Shown piece after piece: positions 8,625 to 16,795 of a stretch of 64,000 nucleotides of DNA. The DNA comes from Pirellulales bacterium (lineage in GTDB: Bacteria > Planctomycetota > Planctomycetia > Pirellulales > JAGQOS01), in NCBI GenBank assembly GCA_028289525.1, contig JANQPJ010000187.1, positions 2,928 through 66,927 of the forward strand. The letters are read 5' to 3'. Both the position numbers and the translations under genes were made by a program. The notes under the pieces were generated by a model. The model had not been told where the DNA came from and did no database searches. It was given only the letters and a program-made list of their open reading frames with translations. Each line of letters begins with the position of its first letter. The first letter of the stretch is position 1.

Positions 8625-10604
8625 TTGGATTCTCACGCTAAAGACGGTCATCCCGCAGGTACGTTCGAGAGCGACATGGGCGGCGAAAAACAAGGTTTTG
8701 GTGGCCTACACGTGGCGGCGTTTGAGAATCGCCGGGGAGCCGAGATGGCGCGGTTGATCGAGCGGCACGGCGGCGTTGCCCAAGTCGCGCCCGCCATGCG
8801 CGAGGTTCCGCTTGCCGATAGCCGGTCGCTGGTCGATTTTGCCAACCAATTGCTCACCGGACAGATTGATATCGTCATTTTCATGACCGGCGTCGGTTTT
8901 CGGTATCTGTTGGGCCAACTAGAACGTAAAGTTGACCGGCGTCGGTTTCTCGAGGCCCTGTCCGACATCGTTACGGTTGCTCGAGGACCGAAACCGGTGG
9001 CGGCTATGCAGCAGGAGGGGCTGACGCCGACGATCCGCGTACCGGCGCCCAACACCTGGCGAGAAATTTTGACCACGCTCGACGCTCAGGTACCGCTGGC
9101 CAACCAACGTGTGGCGATTCAAGAATATGGCGAAACCAACCCCAGCTTGATCGCCGGACTGGAAGCTCGGGGAGCCACGGTCGTTTGCCTGAAGGTGTAC
9201 GATTGGGATTTGCCAGAGGACTGTGTCCCGTTGCAGGCCAACATCCAGGCAATCGTTGCTGGCCAGGTTGAAGTGGTGCTGTTCACCGCCGCACGCCAGG
9301 TTGTGCATGTCTTGAAAATGGCCGAGCAGATTGGACTGGCGGATTCGTTGCGCGAAGCACTCGCCCGCGTAATCGTCGGCTCGATTGGTCCTACGACCAG
9401 CGAAACGCTACGCAACCACGGCTTCTCGGTCGACGTGGAGCCAGAACACGGTAAGATGGGCCACTTGGTCCAAGTAGCCGCCGCACAAGCCACCCGGCTT
9501 GCAACCGGTCAACGTCCAGGAGCAACGGTTGTGGAACAGCCTGACGAGCCCGATCAAACCTTCCCACAAGCAGCTTGGTATGACAGCCCCTTTATGAAAG
9601 CCTGTCGGCGCGAGCCGGTGTCGCATACCCCGGTGTGGCTGATGCGCCAGGCAGGCCGATATATGGCCGAATATCGCGAGGTGCGCGCCAAAACCACTTT
9701 CTTAGAGCTGTGCAAAAACCCTCAGCTCTGCTCGGAAGTGATGTGCACGGCGGTCGAGCGTCTGGGCGTCGACGCGGCGATCATCTTTTCCGACCTGTTG
9801 CCAATTCTCGAGCCCATGGGCATCGACCTGGAATTTGCCCAAGGCGAAGGCCCGGTGATTCACAATCCGGTTCGTGAGGCGAACGATGTGAAGCGTGTGC
9901 TCGAACTTGAGGACATGGACGCTTTGGGCTTTGTAATGGAGACGGTCAAGCAGACTCGGGCTGACCTGCCGGAGGGCATGCCGTTGATCGGTTTCTCTGG
10001 GGCTCCGTTCACGCTAGCCAGCTATGCGATTGAAGGCGGGGCCAGCCGTAATTATTTGCACACCAAAGCCCTCATGTACCGAGAGCGAGCAGCCTGGGAC
10101 GATTTGATGGGCCGTCTCACTCGGGCAGTGATCGGCTATGCCAATGCCCAAATTGCCGCCGGAGCCCAGGTGATTCAATTGTTCGATAGTTGGGTCGGAT
10201 GCTTGGGAACCGGCGACTATCGAACCTATATCCAGCCGTTCATGCAGCAGATTGTGGCTGCGATTTCGCCGGGCGTACCGGTCATCAGTTTTGCCACCGG
10301 CAACCCGGCCTTGCTGCCGTTGCTGGCCGAATCGGGCGCAACGGTCGTCGGCATCGATTGGCGCATCCAGCTCGATGCTGCCTGGCAACTGGTCGGCCAC
10401 GATCGGGCCGTGCAAGGCAATCTCGATCCGCTGGTGCTATTGGCCGACCGCGAAATGATTTGGCGCAGGACCGAAGAGGTGTTGAACCAAGCGGCCGGCC
10501 GCCCAGGCCACATCTTCAATCTGGGACATGGCGTGCTGCAACAAACGCCGGTCGAGAACGCCATCGCGCTGGTCGAAGCGGTGCACGAGCTGAGCCGTCG
10601 TTAA
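8625..10604 (+). CDS. hemE: Fusion protein: uroporphyrinogen-III synthase (HemD-like) N-terminal domain + uroporphyrinogen decarboxylase (HemE)
   Basis: 659 aa. Residues ~25-300 look like the HEM4/HemD fold (two alpha/beta halves, e.g. IDIVIFMTGVGFRYL and VEVVLFTAARQVVHV). From ~315 onward it is typical HemE (PVWLMRQAGRYMAEYR, GFSGAPFTLASY, FDSWVG, NLGHGV). The start is uncertain; an alternative Met is at 8676. Confidence 0.85.
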   Translation: MDSHAKDGHPAGTFESDMGGEKQGFGGLHVAAFENRRGAEMARLIERHGGVAQVAPAMREVPLADSRSLVDFANQLLTGQIDIVIFMTGVGFRYLLGQLERKVDRRRFLEALSDIVTVARGPKPVAAMQQEGLTPTIRVPAPNTWREILTTLDAQVPLANQRVAIQEYGETNPSLIAGLEARGATVVCLKVYDWDLPEDCVPLQANIQAIVAGQVEVVLFTAARQVVHVLKMAEQIGLADSLREALARVIVGSIGPTTSETLRNHGFSVDVEPEHGKMGHLVQVAAAQATRLATGQRPGATVVEQPDEPDQTFPQAAWYDSPFMKACRREPVSHTPVWLMRQAGRYMAEYREVRAKTTFLELCKNPQLCSEVMCTAVERLGVDAAIIFSDLLPILEPMGIDLEFAQGEGPVIHNPVREANDVKRVLELEDMDALGFVMETVKQTRADLPEGMPLIGFSGAPFTLASYAIEGGASRNYLHTKALMYRERAAWDDLMGRLTRAVIGYANAQIAAGAQVIQLFDSWVGCLGTGDYRTYIQPFMQQIVAAISPGVPVISFATGNPALLPLLAESGATVVGIDWRIQLDAAWQLVGHDRAVQGNLDPLVLLADREMIWRRTEEVLNQAAGRPGHIFNLGHGVLQQTPVENAIALVEAVHELSRR

Positions 10605-10642
10605 ACGCGAGACCCCAGATTCGTGTGCAGAGGAGGGAGCCT

Positions 10643-10729
10643 ATAAAGCCTGAAGCGCTAGCGAAGGAATTTTTGAGACTGGTGACCGTTCCCAACTTCC
10701 AATTCCTTCGCTAGCGCTTCAGGCTTTAT
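10643..10729. repeat. Repeat family C hairpin C2 (29-bp perfect stem); probable terminator of hemD-hemE
   Basis: ATAAAGCCTGAAGCGCTAGCGAAGGAATT (10643-10671) pairs with AATTCCTTCGCTAGCGCTTCAGGCTTTAT (10701-10729). It begins 39 nt after the stop codon. Confidence 0.85.
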
Positions 10730-11007
10730 TCACTGGAATTGCTACGTGCGATTTTTGACCAGTTGCCATTTTGGCAGGCGGTCAAAATGGCGGACACCTC
10801 GCATCGCAGCTGCATGTTCCGTTGTTGCCTTTGCGCAACTATTGAAATTTCAACCACTTGCAAAGCAATTCACCGCTGGTTCCAGCGGATTGGCATGCTT
10901 ATTGCTTCTTAGACCCACCAAGTCGATCGACGGTTTTGAGTATTCGTCACAAGTTGACTTCGCCGTTTGGACAGAAGTGGGCTTTGCGCTCGCTGTGTAC
11001 AAACGCA

Positions 11008-11104
11008 CTAGAGCGAGTCGCTCTTTACCGTAGCGGACGACACCTAGTTTTCGCCGCGGTTTTTGGACGAAATACGACTACGAATTATCCGAAATTGCTC
11101 TAAG
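11008..11104 (+). repeat. Repeat family B copy B1 (~97 bp, subfamily 1)
   Basis: CTAGAGCGAGTCGCTCTTTACCGTAGCGGACGACACCTAGTTTTCGCCGCGG...GAAATACGACTACGAATTATCCGAAATTGCTCTAAG. Near-identical to 28230-28325. It lies directly upstream of the hsp20 ribosome-binding site. Confidence 0.85.
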
Positions 11105-11126
11105 CAGATTAGAGGAGGAACGAACG

Positions 11127-11582
11127 ATGTTACCCACCCAAAAATGCACGCGTTTTAATCTGGCATGGCCTCAGTCGTTGGGATCGGTTTCGCGCGACAT
11201 GGACCAAGTGTTCGATCAGTTTTTTGGCCGCCGAGCGGTGGTCGAGCGCGACGGTGGTCCCTGGCACGCCCCGCTTTCACTCTGGGAGGAAGAAGGGCGG
11301 CTGCGGCTTGAAATGGATCTGCCAGGTGTGGCCAAGGACGATGTTGAGTTGACCGTCGAAGATGGTCGGTTGACGGTTCGCGCCCAGCGCAAGGCATCCG
11401 ACGAGCAGCGCGAGTACTGGTATCACCAGCGTCGGTTTGGCCAAGTCGAGCGGACTGTTTCGCTGCCAGACTTCGCCGATCCACAGGCGATCGAGGCCGA
11501 ATTGGCCGACGGCGTGCTGTCGATCAGCATCGGTCGCAAGCCTGAGGCCGAGCCGAAGCGGATCGATGTGAAAACCCGTTAA
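11127..11582 (+). CDS. Hsp20/alpha-crystallin family small heat-shock protein
   Basis: 151 aa. Strong RBS (AGAGGAGGAAcgaacgATG). Alpha-crystallin core LRLEMDLPGVAKDDVELTVEDGRLTVRAQR...AELADGVLSISI. Confidence 0.9.
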   Translation: MLPTQKCTRFNLAWPQSLGSVSRDMDQVFDQFFGRRAVVERDGGPWHAPLSLWEEEGRLRLEMDLPGVAKDDVELTVEDGRLTVRAQRKASDEQREYWYHQRRFGQVERTVSLPDFADPQAIEAELADGVLSISIGRKPEAEPKRIDVKTR

Positions 11583-11604
11583 GGATGGCTGAGACGGACG
11601 ATGC

Positions 11605-11647
11605 ACAAGCGGGGAACGCGGTGAAACGCTTCCTCGCTTGTCTTTTT
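11605..11647. terminator. Stem-loop plus T-run between convergent hsp20 and LOG genes
   Basis: ACAAGCGGGGAA...TTCCTCGCTTGT forms a ~12-bp stem with one G-U pair, followed by CTTTTT. Confidence 0.55.
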
Positions 11648-11657
11648 GAGGGCCTGG

Positions 11658-12698
11658 TTACGCTTCGATACTACCTCGATTCATGGCATCGATCAGCATG
11701 CGCAAGCGGCCCAAGCTACGGCGGTTGAAATGAAACACCAGCCGCGGCAAGTCGGCCAGATCGGGTTCGTCTTTTTCGTCTTTGAGGGCTCCACGCTGAA
11801 CGAACTCCCCCTCGGCTAGCACGTCGGAAAATTCACGGTTGATCTCTTTCAGTAGCGAAGGATGGAGCAGTTCGCGCAGCCGCAATACCAACTTGTTGCG
11901 CACATAACGCATGCTGTGATACACTTTGTAGAACTGCTGAATCTCGGCGACCGCTTCCTGATAGTCATCGGTCAGCTTGTACAGCGACAGGTCTTCTGGC
12001 GAGATCAGCCGATTGGCCACCAGCCGGCTGACGACAAAGTCGTGCCAGGCTGGCCAAAATGTTCCGCCAGGGGCATCGAGAAATACGACTGGCACCATGT
12101 CGCGTTTTCCGGTTTGCAAGAGCGTGAGCACTTCCAGACCTTCGTCGAGCGTGCCAAAGCCGCCAGGCAAACAGACCACCGCGTCGCACTCCTTCACGAA
12201 CATTAGCTTGCGGGTGAAGAAATATTTCATGTTCACCAGCTTCGAGTCGCCGGCGATCACCGCATTGGCCGATTGCTCGAACGGCAGCATGATATTCAAA
12301 CCCATCGAGTTCTCTCGCCCTGCGCCGACGTGCCCGGCCTCCATGATGCCGCTCGCCGCGCCGGTGACAACCAGCCAGTCGATCTCGGCCATTGCCTTGC
12401 CCAAGGCAACCGCCTGCTGGTATTCCGGGGCGTCGGGCAACGTGCGGGCAGATCCAAAGACGGTGACCTTGGGCTTGCTCCGATAGGGCGTGAAGACCTT
12501 GAAGGCGTAACGCAGCTCGCGAAGGGCCCGGCTCAGAATCTTGAGATCACCTCGGGTCGTACGGTCGCGAGCCAGCTTGTCGGCCGATTCTTTGATCGTG
12601 GTAATCAGGTCGCCGATGCGGCGATCACGGATTGCATTCAGGTCTTCCGGCGGTTCCGCGTCAGATTGGCCTGAAGAAGGAGACTGGATGTCATTCAA
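11658..12698 (-). CDS. LOG family (TIGR00730-type) nucleotide 5'-monophosphate nucleosidase-like protein with C-terminal extension
   Basis: 346 aa. VTVFGSAR, TGAASGIMEAGHVGA and the PGGFGTLDE signature. Confidence 0.8.
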   Translation of the reverse strand: MNDIQSPSSGQSDAEPPEDLNAIRDRRIGDLITTIKESADKLARDRTTRGDLKILSRALRELRYAFKVFTPYRSKPKVTVFGSARTLPDAPEYQQAVALGKAMAEIDWLVVTGAASGIMEAGHVGAGRENSMGLNIMLPFEQSANAVIAGDSKLVNMKYFFTRKLMFVKECDAVVCLPGGFGTLDEGLEVLTLLQTGKRDMVPVVFLDAPGGTFWPAWHDFVVSRLVANRLISPEDLSLYKLTDDYQEAVAEIQQFYKVYHSMRYVRNKLVLRLRELLHPSLLKEINREFSDVLAEGEFVQRGALKDEKDEPDLADLPRLVFHFNRRSLGRLRMLIDAMNRGSIEA

Positions 12699-12720
12699 CG
12701 TGTCGACCTCGTTTGATGAA

Positions 12721-12883
12721 CTAGTACTACAGCGCTAAGTCTAAAGTATTTTAGCCACGGATTTACACGGATGAAACACGGATACGCGCTCACGCGAACA
12801 TTCAAAAAATCCGTGTTTCATCCGTGTAAATCCGTGGCTATTTTCAATTCTTTCCCTTTGACCTAGCACTGTGGTACTAAGCT
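12721..12883. repeat. Repeat family G: 32-bp perfect hairpin flanked by outer inverted repeats
   Basis: TAGCCACGGATTTACACGGATGAAACACGGAT (12752-12783) pairs with ATCCGTGTTTCATCCGTGTAAATCCGTGGCTA (12809-12840). Outer arms are CTAGTACTACAGCGCTAAG (12721-12739) and CTAGCACTGTGGTACTAAG (12865-12883). A solo copy of the outer arm is at ~26064-26081. Confidence 0.85.
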
Positions 12884-13002
12884 TTGCCTGGAAGCAGACT
12901 GGATGAAAACAAGACCAGGGGGGACGGTTGCATTCAAATTATACGGTGGTCCACTGCGAGGTAGATTGGATCGAGATGACCAGTTCGGGGGGACGTTTGA
13001 AG

Positions 13003-13033
13003 CAAAAAAAAGGCCCGCCATGCTTGGCGGGCC
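13003..13033 (-). terminator. Rho-independent terminator for the small minus-strand gene 13072-13314
   Basis: GGCCCGCC-ATGCTT-GGCGGGCC forms an 8-bp GC stem. An A8 run on the plus strand gives a T-run after the stem on the minus strand. It lies about 40 nt downstream of the stop. Confidence 0.75.
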
Positions 13034-13071
13034 GATTGATTTGGTCTCGCGGCTCGAAAGGCCAAGCCGAA

Positions 13072-13314
13072 CTAGGCCGAAGGCCGGCGAAAGTGTTGAT
13101 AGGCCAGCAAGACTTCGTATAAGTCGGTCGAAATCGTAATATCGTCGTTCTGGAAATCCCGCAACCAGGTACGCTCATCTTGAACGGCATCTGCTAGCAA
13201 CGGCAATACATCGCCCACCGAGAGCGTGACATTGGCCTTTGCCGGCGGAGTTTCGGTCAATAGTTGGGCTTCATCCACAGGGCCGTGATAGAGACGTAAG
13301 TGGCATCTTGCCAT
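13072..13314 (-). CDS. Small hypothetical protein (80 aa)
   Basis: The ORF is followed by a clean intrinsic terminator (13003-13033). The acidic, non-repetitive sequence looks protein-like. No family recognised. Confidence 0.5.
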   Translation of the reverse strand: MARCHLRLYHGPVDEAQLLTETPPAKANVTLSVGDVLPLLADAVQDERTWLRDFQNDDITISTDLYEVLLAYQHFRRPSA

Positions 13315-13584
13315 GTTGCTTCTTCCTTAAAGCTCTTAGTACAGGGATAATAGGGAACGATCCATCAGTGCCCACCCTGATCTAGCTCTACTACTATCGG
13401 CCGCAGGGCATGTTCGGATTTGAACTATTTCTCCAAGTAGTCCATTTTTTTCGATGAGACCAGTTGGCGGGGGAAATCTTGACAATCTAGGCACAAAGCG
13501 CTAGATTTCCCTCCAATGCAATCGCTGCTATCACTTAGGCGGCGGTTTCCAGGGCCCACTTCTTTTTGGAAGCGTGACGCGCAC

Positions 13585-15984
13585 ATGACGACCCATCCTG
13601 GCGTTGATCTGGCACGGATTGCCAAGCACTTGGGCTGCGCGCAGAAGCAAGTGCGCAGTGTCGTCGAGTTATTGGATGAGGGGAACACGATTCCTTTTAT
13701 CACCCGCTACCGCAAGGATCAGACCGGCGGCCTGGACGAAGAGCAGATTCGTCAGGTAGAAGGGCAACTGGTTCAGGACCGCATGCTGCATGAACGCAAG
13801 CAGACCATCTTGCGATCGATCGAAGCCCAGGGCAAGCTTAGTGAGGCGTTGGCGGCTCGTATCGAAGCGGCCGATAGCACCAAACGTTTGGAAGACCTGT
13901 ACTTGCCGTTTAAGCCCAAGAAGCAAACCAAGGCCACGCTTGCCCGCCAACGAGGGTTGGACCGCTTTGCCGACGAGATTCTTCGTGATGTGCCGGAAGC
14001 GAACGATCTCGAAGCAAGGGCAGCCGCCTTCGTTAACCCAGATCGCGAAGTGGCCAACAAGGCCGAAGCACTGGCCGGGGCAGGCCATGTGTTGGCCGAG
14101 CAGTTTAGCGAGCTGGCCGATGTGCGACAGACGGTGCGAAAAATCTTTCGCCGTACGGCCACCCTCGTTTCCACGCGAACCAAGGCCAACGAACAACAGG
14201 CGACCGGGTTTCGCGACTATTTTGACTTTCGCGCAGCAGTCGCCAAATTGCCACCGCATCGCGTGCTGGCAATCAATCGAGGCGAACGTTCCAAGGTGCT
14301 GCGAGTGCGCGTAGAGAGCGATTTGGATACGGCTCTAACAGCGGCCGAAAAAATTGCCTTCGACTCGGCCCACCGGCATCACGAGTTCTTACTGGGATGC
14401 TTGCGTGATGCACTAACCCGATTAGTCCTGCCATATTTGGAACGCGAGTTGCGACGCGAGTTGACCGACCGGTCAGAGAGACACGCGATCGACGTGTTTG
14501 CCAGAAATCTTCGCAACCTGTTACTGCAACCGCCGACGCGAAACCGACGCGTGTTGGCGATCGATCCTGGCTATAAGAGCGGTTGCAAACTGGTGGCGTT
14601 GGATGAATTTGGCAATTTACTGGCGCATGACGTGATCTATTTAGTCGGTTCGGAGACGCGGAAGGCCCAGGCGGCTGACGTGGTCGTCGGGCTCATCGAC
14701 CAGCATCAATTGTCGGCCGTTGCGATCGGCAACGGCAGCGCTTGTCGCGAAACCGAAGAGTGGTTGTCTGACTTGCTAGGCGGACGCTTGCAGGGCCGTG
14801 GGATCTCTTATGTGGTGGTGAACGAGGCGGGGGCAAGCGTCTATTCGGCCAGTCCGTTGGGACGCGAGGAGTTGCCCGATCACGACGCCACGGTTCGCGG
14901 CGCCGTGTCGATTGGCCGTCGGTTACAAGATCCGCTGAGCGAGCTGGTCAAAATCGACCCGGCCAGCATTGGCGTCGGTCTCTATCAACACGATTTGAAG
15001 AGCAAGGAACTCCAATCGTCGCTCGACACGGTGGTCGAGTCGTGTGTCAATTACGTAGGGGTGGATGTGAACTCAGCCAGCCCGGCGCTGTTGCGTTATG
15101 TTTCTGGGCTGAATCAACTCACCGCCCGGCGGGTGTACGACTATCGTTCGGCCAATGGACCGTTTACAAGTCGCCAGCAGTTGACCGAGGTGCCTGGCTT
15201 TGGAGAGGCGGCGTTTGTCCAGGCCGCCGGGTTTCTGAAGATTACCGATGGGACCAATCCGTTGGATTCTACCTGGATTCATCCGGAAAGCTATCATGTG
15301 GCCCAGCAGGTGTTGTCGCGCTTGCAGTGCCAGGTAAGCGATTTGGGCGATCGCGAGTCGGCCCAACGGTTAGCGGCGGAAATCGAGCAAATCGACCCCG
15401 AGCCGTTAGCCCAGGAGTTGTCGGTGGGCCAAATGTTGGTGCGCGATTTGCTAGCTGGCTTAGCCCGCCCGGGCCGCGATCCGCGGGAAGACTTGCCGGC
15501 ACCGGTGTTCCGCGAAGGGGTGGTCAAGCTGGAGGACTTGGAAGTTGGCATGGAGCTGAGCGGAACCGTCTTGAACGTGGTCGATTTTGGGGTATTTGTC
15601 GATATTGGATTGTCCGACAGCGGTTTGGTCCACATCAGCCAACTGGCCAACCGGTATGTGCGTGACCCCCATGAAGTGGCTGCCGTGAGCGATACGGTCA
15701 AGGTCTGGGTGCGAGCGGTCGATAAGGAACGTCGGCGGGTTTCACTCACCATGATTCCTCCGGGCGTCGAGTCGACGGACTCGGAGCGTCGTGTGGTTGA
15801 GAACCGCAAAACTTCGCGTACTCATCGCGATCCGGTGCAGAAAACCAAACGGCCGCGCCCGCCCAAGGCAAAGCGAAAGCCATCGCCTCCGATCACCGAG
15901 GCGATGCAGCAGGGCCAGGAGCCGATGAGAACCTTTGGCGATTTAAAGCAATTTTATGACAAGCGACAGAATCGTGGCCGCTGA
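13585..15984 (+). CDS. tex: Tex-like transcription accessory protein (S1 RNA-binding domain)
   Basis: About 800 aa from Met at 13585; the tracked ORF starts at 13516. N-terminal IAKHLGxxxKQVRSVVELLDEGNTIPFITRYRKDQTGGLDE. YqgF/RuvC-like region VLAIDPGYKSGCKL. HhH region. C-terminal S1 domain GMELSGTVLNVVDFGVFVDIG. Confidence 0.9.
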   Translation: MTTHPGVDLARIAKHLGCAQKQVRSVVELLDEGNTIPFITRYRKDQTGGLDEEQIRQVEGQLVQDRMLHERKQTILRSIEAQGKLSEALAARIEAADSTKRLEDLYLPFKPKKQTKATLARQRGLDRFADEILRDVPEANDLEARAAAFVNPDREVANKAEALAGAGHVLAEQFSELADVRQTVRKIFRRTATLVSTRTKANEQQATGFRDYFDFRAAVAKLPPHRVLAINRGERSKVLRVRVESDLDTALTAAEKIAFDSAHRHHEFLLGCLRDALTRLVLPYLERELRRELTDRSERHAIDVFARNLRNLLLQPPTRNRRVLAIDPGYKSGCKLVALDEFGNLLAHDVIYLVGSETRKAQAADVVVGLIDQHQLSAVAIGNGSACRETEEWLSDLLGGRLQGRGISYVVVNEAGASVYSASPLGREELPDHDATVRGAVSIGRRLQDPLSELVKIDPASIGVGLYQHDLKSKELQSSLDTVVESCVNYVGVDVNSASPALLRYVSGLNQLTARRVYDYRSANGPFTSRQQLTEVPGFGEAAFVQAAGFLKITDGTNPLDSTWIHPESYHVAQQVLSRLQCQVSDLGDRESAQRLAAEIEQIDPEPLAQELSVGQMLVRDLLAGLARPGRDPREDLPAPVFREGVVKLEDLEVGMELSGTVLNVVDFGVFVDIGLSDSGLVHISQLANRYVRDPHEVAAVSDTVKVWVRAVDKERRRVSLTMIPPGVESTDSERRVVENRKTSRTHRDPVQKTKRPRPPKAKRKPSPPITEAMQQGQEPMRTFGDLKQFYDKRQNRGR

Positions 15985-16034
15985 GCGGTTTGGCAGCGAC
16001 ATACGGTTTGCAAGACGTATCAAACGGACCGGCG

Positions 16035-16520
16035 ATGGATTTTCAACAGCGACTCCAAAAAGCAATTGAACGTGGCCAACGGTCGCGCGAGGACAAAGCC
16101 CGGGAAGAAGCCGCTCGCGCAATGACGGAGGAGGAGTACAAAAATTTGCACTCACGCCAACGTCTGGAACTTTCTGACTATGCGGAAGCATGTCTCGGGC
16201 ACTTGGCCGATCAGTTTCCCGGATTTCAAAAAGAGATTGTGATGGGCGACCGCGGCTGGGGAGCCGCAATCACGCGCGACGACGTAAACCTGAGGGCTGG
16301 CGGTCGAGGGCGCAATCTTTACAGCCGCCTGGAAGTAGCCGTGCGGCCTTTTAGCAGCTATCACGTGCTCGATCTGGCTGCCAAGGGAACCATTCGCAAT
16401 AAAGAGGTCTTCACCCGCAACCACTACGAGTTGCTAGGCGAAGTCGACCTCGATTCGTTTCGCGAACTGACCGACCTCTGGGTACTGGAGTACGCCGAGA
16501 AGTACGCCGCCGATCGTTAA
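16035..16520 (+). CDS. Hypothetical protein
   Basis: 161 aa from Met at 16035; the tracked ORF starts at 15990. Charged helical N-terminus. No family recognised. Confidence 0.55.
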   Translation: MDFQQRLQKAIERGQRSREDKAREEAARAMTEEEYKNLHSRQRLELSDYAEACLGHLADQFPGFQKEIVMGDRGWGAAITRDDVNLRAGGRGRNLYSRLEVAVRPFSSYHVLDLAAKGTIRNKEVFTRNHYELLGEVDLDSFRELTDLWVLEYAEKYAADR

Positions 16521-16538
16521 AGCTTGCACAAGCACCAA

Positions 16539-16734
16539 TGTTTCGCGCTTCGGTCACCGACCGCTGCTACTTATCGACTCGGGCGATTTGAAACGACTGA
16601 TATTGGACTTTCAGTAGTTCCAAAAATGAGGATCTAGAAAGCACTGTTTTTCAGATACAACGATAAAAAAGAGTGTTTCGCGAGCGGTCACCGACCGCTG
16701 CTACCGATCAACATCGGAAATTTGGAACTACTGA
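16539..16734 (+). repeat. Repeat family E: half copy (16539-16600) followed by full copy E1 (16611-16734, MITE-like)
   Basis: Full copy: TCAGTAGTTCCAAAA...CACTGTTTTT...GTGTTTCGCGAGCGGTCACCGACCGCTGCTAC...TTTGGAACTACTGA. The termini are inverted repeats. It matches 25493-25613. Confidence 0.9.
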
Positions 16735-16744
16735 CTTTACGGCC

Positions 16745-16771
16745 CACTCGCTGGCGCTTCGTGCTTGTATT
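16745..16771. repeat. Repeat family D, solo right arm (D4)
   Basis: CACTCGCTGGCGCTTCGTGCTTGTATT matches the right arms at 29062-29090 and 36036-36062. No left arm is present. Confidence 0.6.
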
Positions 16772-16795
16772 TTTCGTTCAGCTTGAGACAAACGC

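Noticed and set aside
8334-8693. 119-aa minus-strand ORF and 105-aa plus-strand ORF (8440-8757) upstream of hemD-hemE
   Set aside because: The translations are Arg/Pro-rich and low in information. They overlap the regulatory repeats and the hemD-hemE 5' end, and no RBS is present.
15042-15809. 207-aa (+) and 171-aa (-) ORFs inside tex
   Set aside because: These are alternative or antisense frames of a confidently identified Tex gene, typical GC-rich shadow ORFs.
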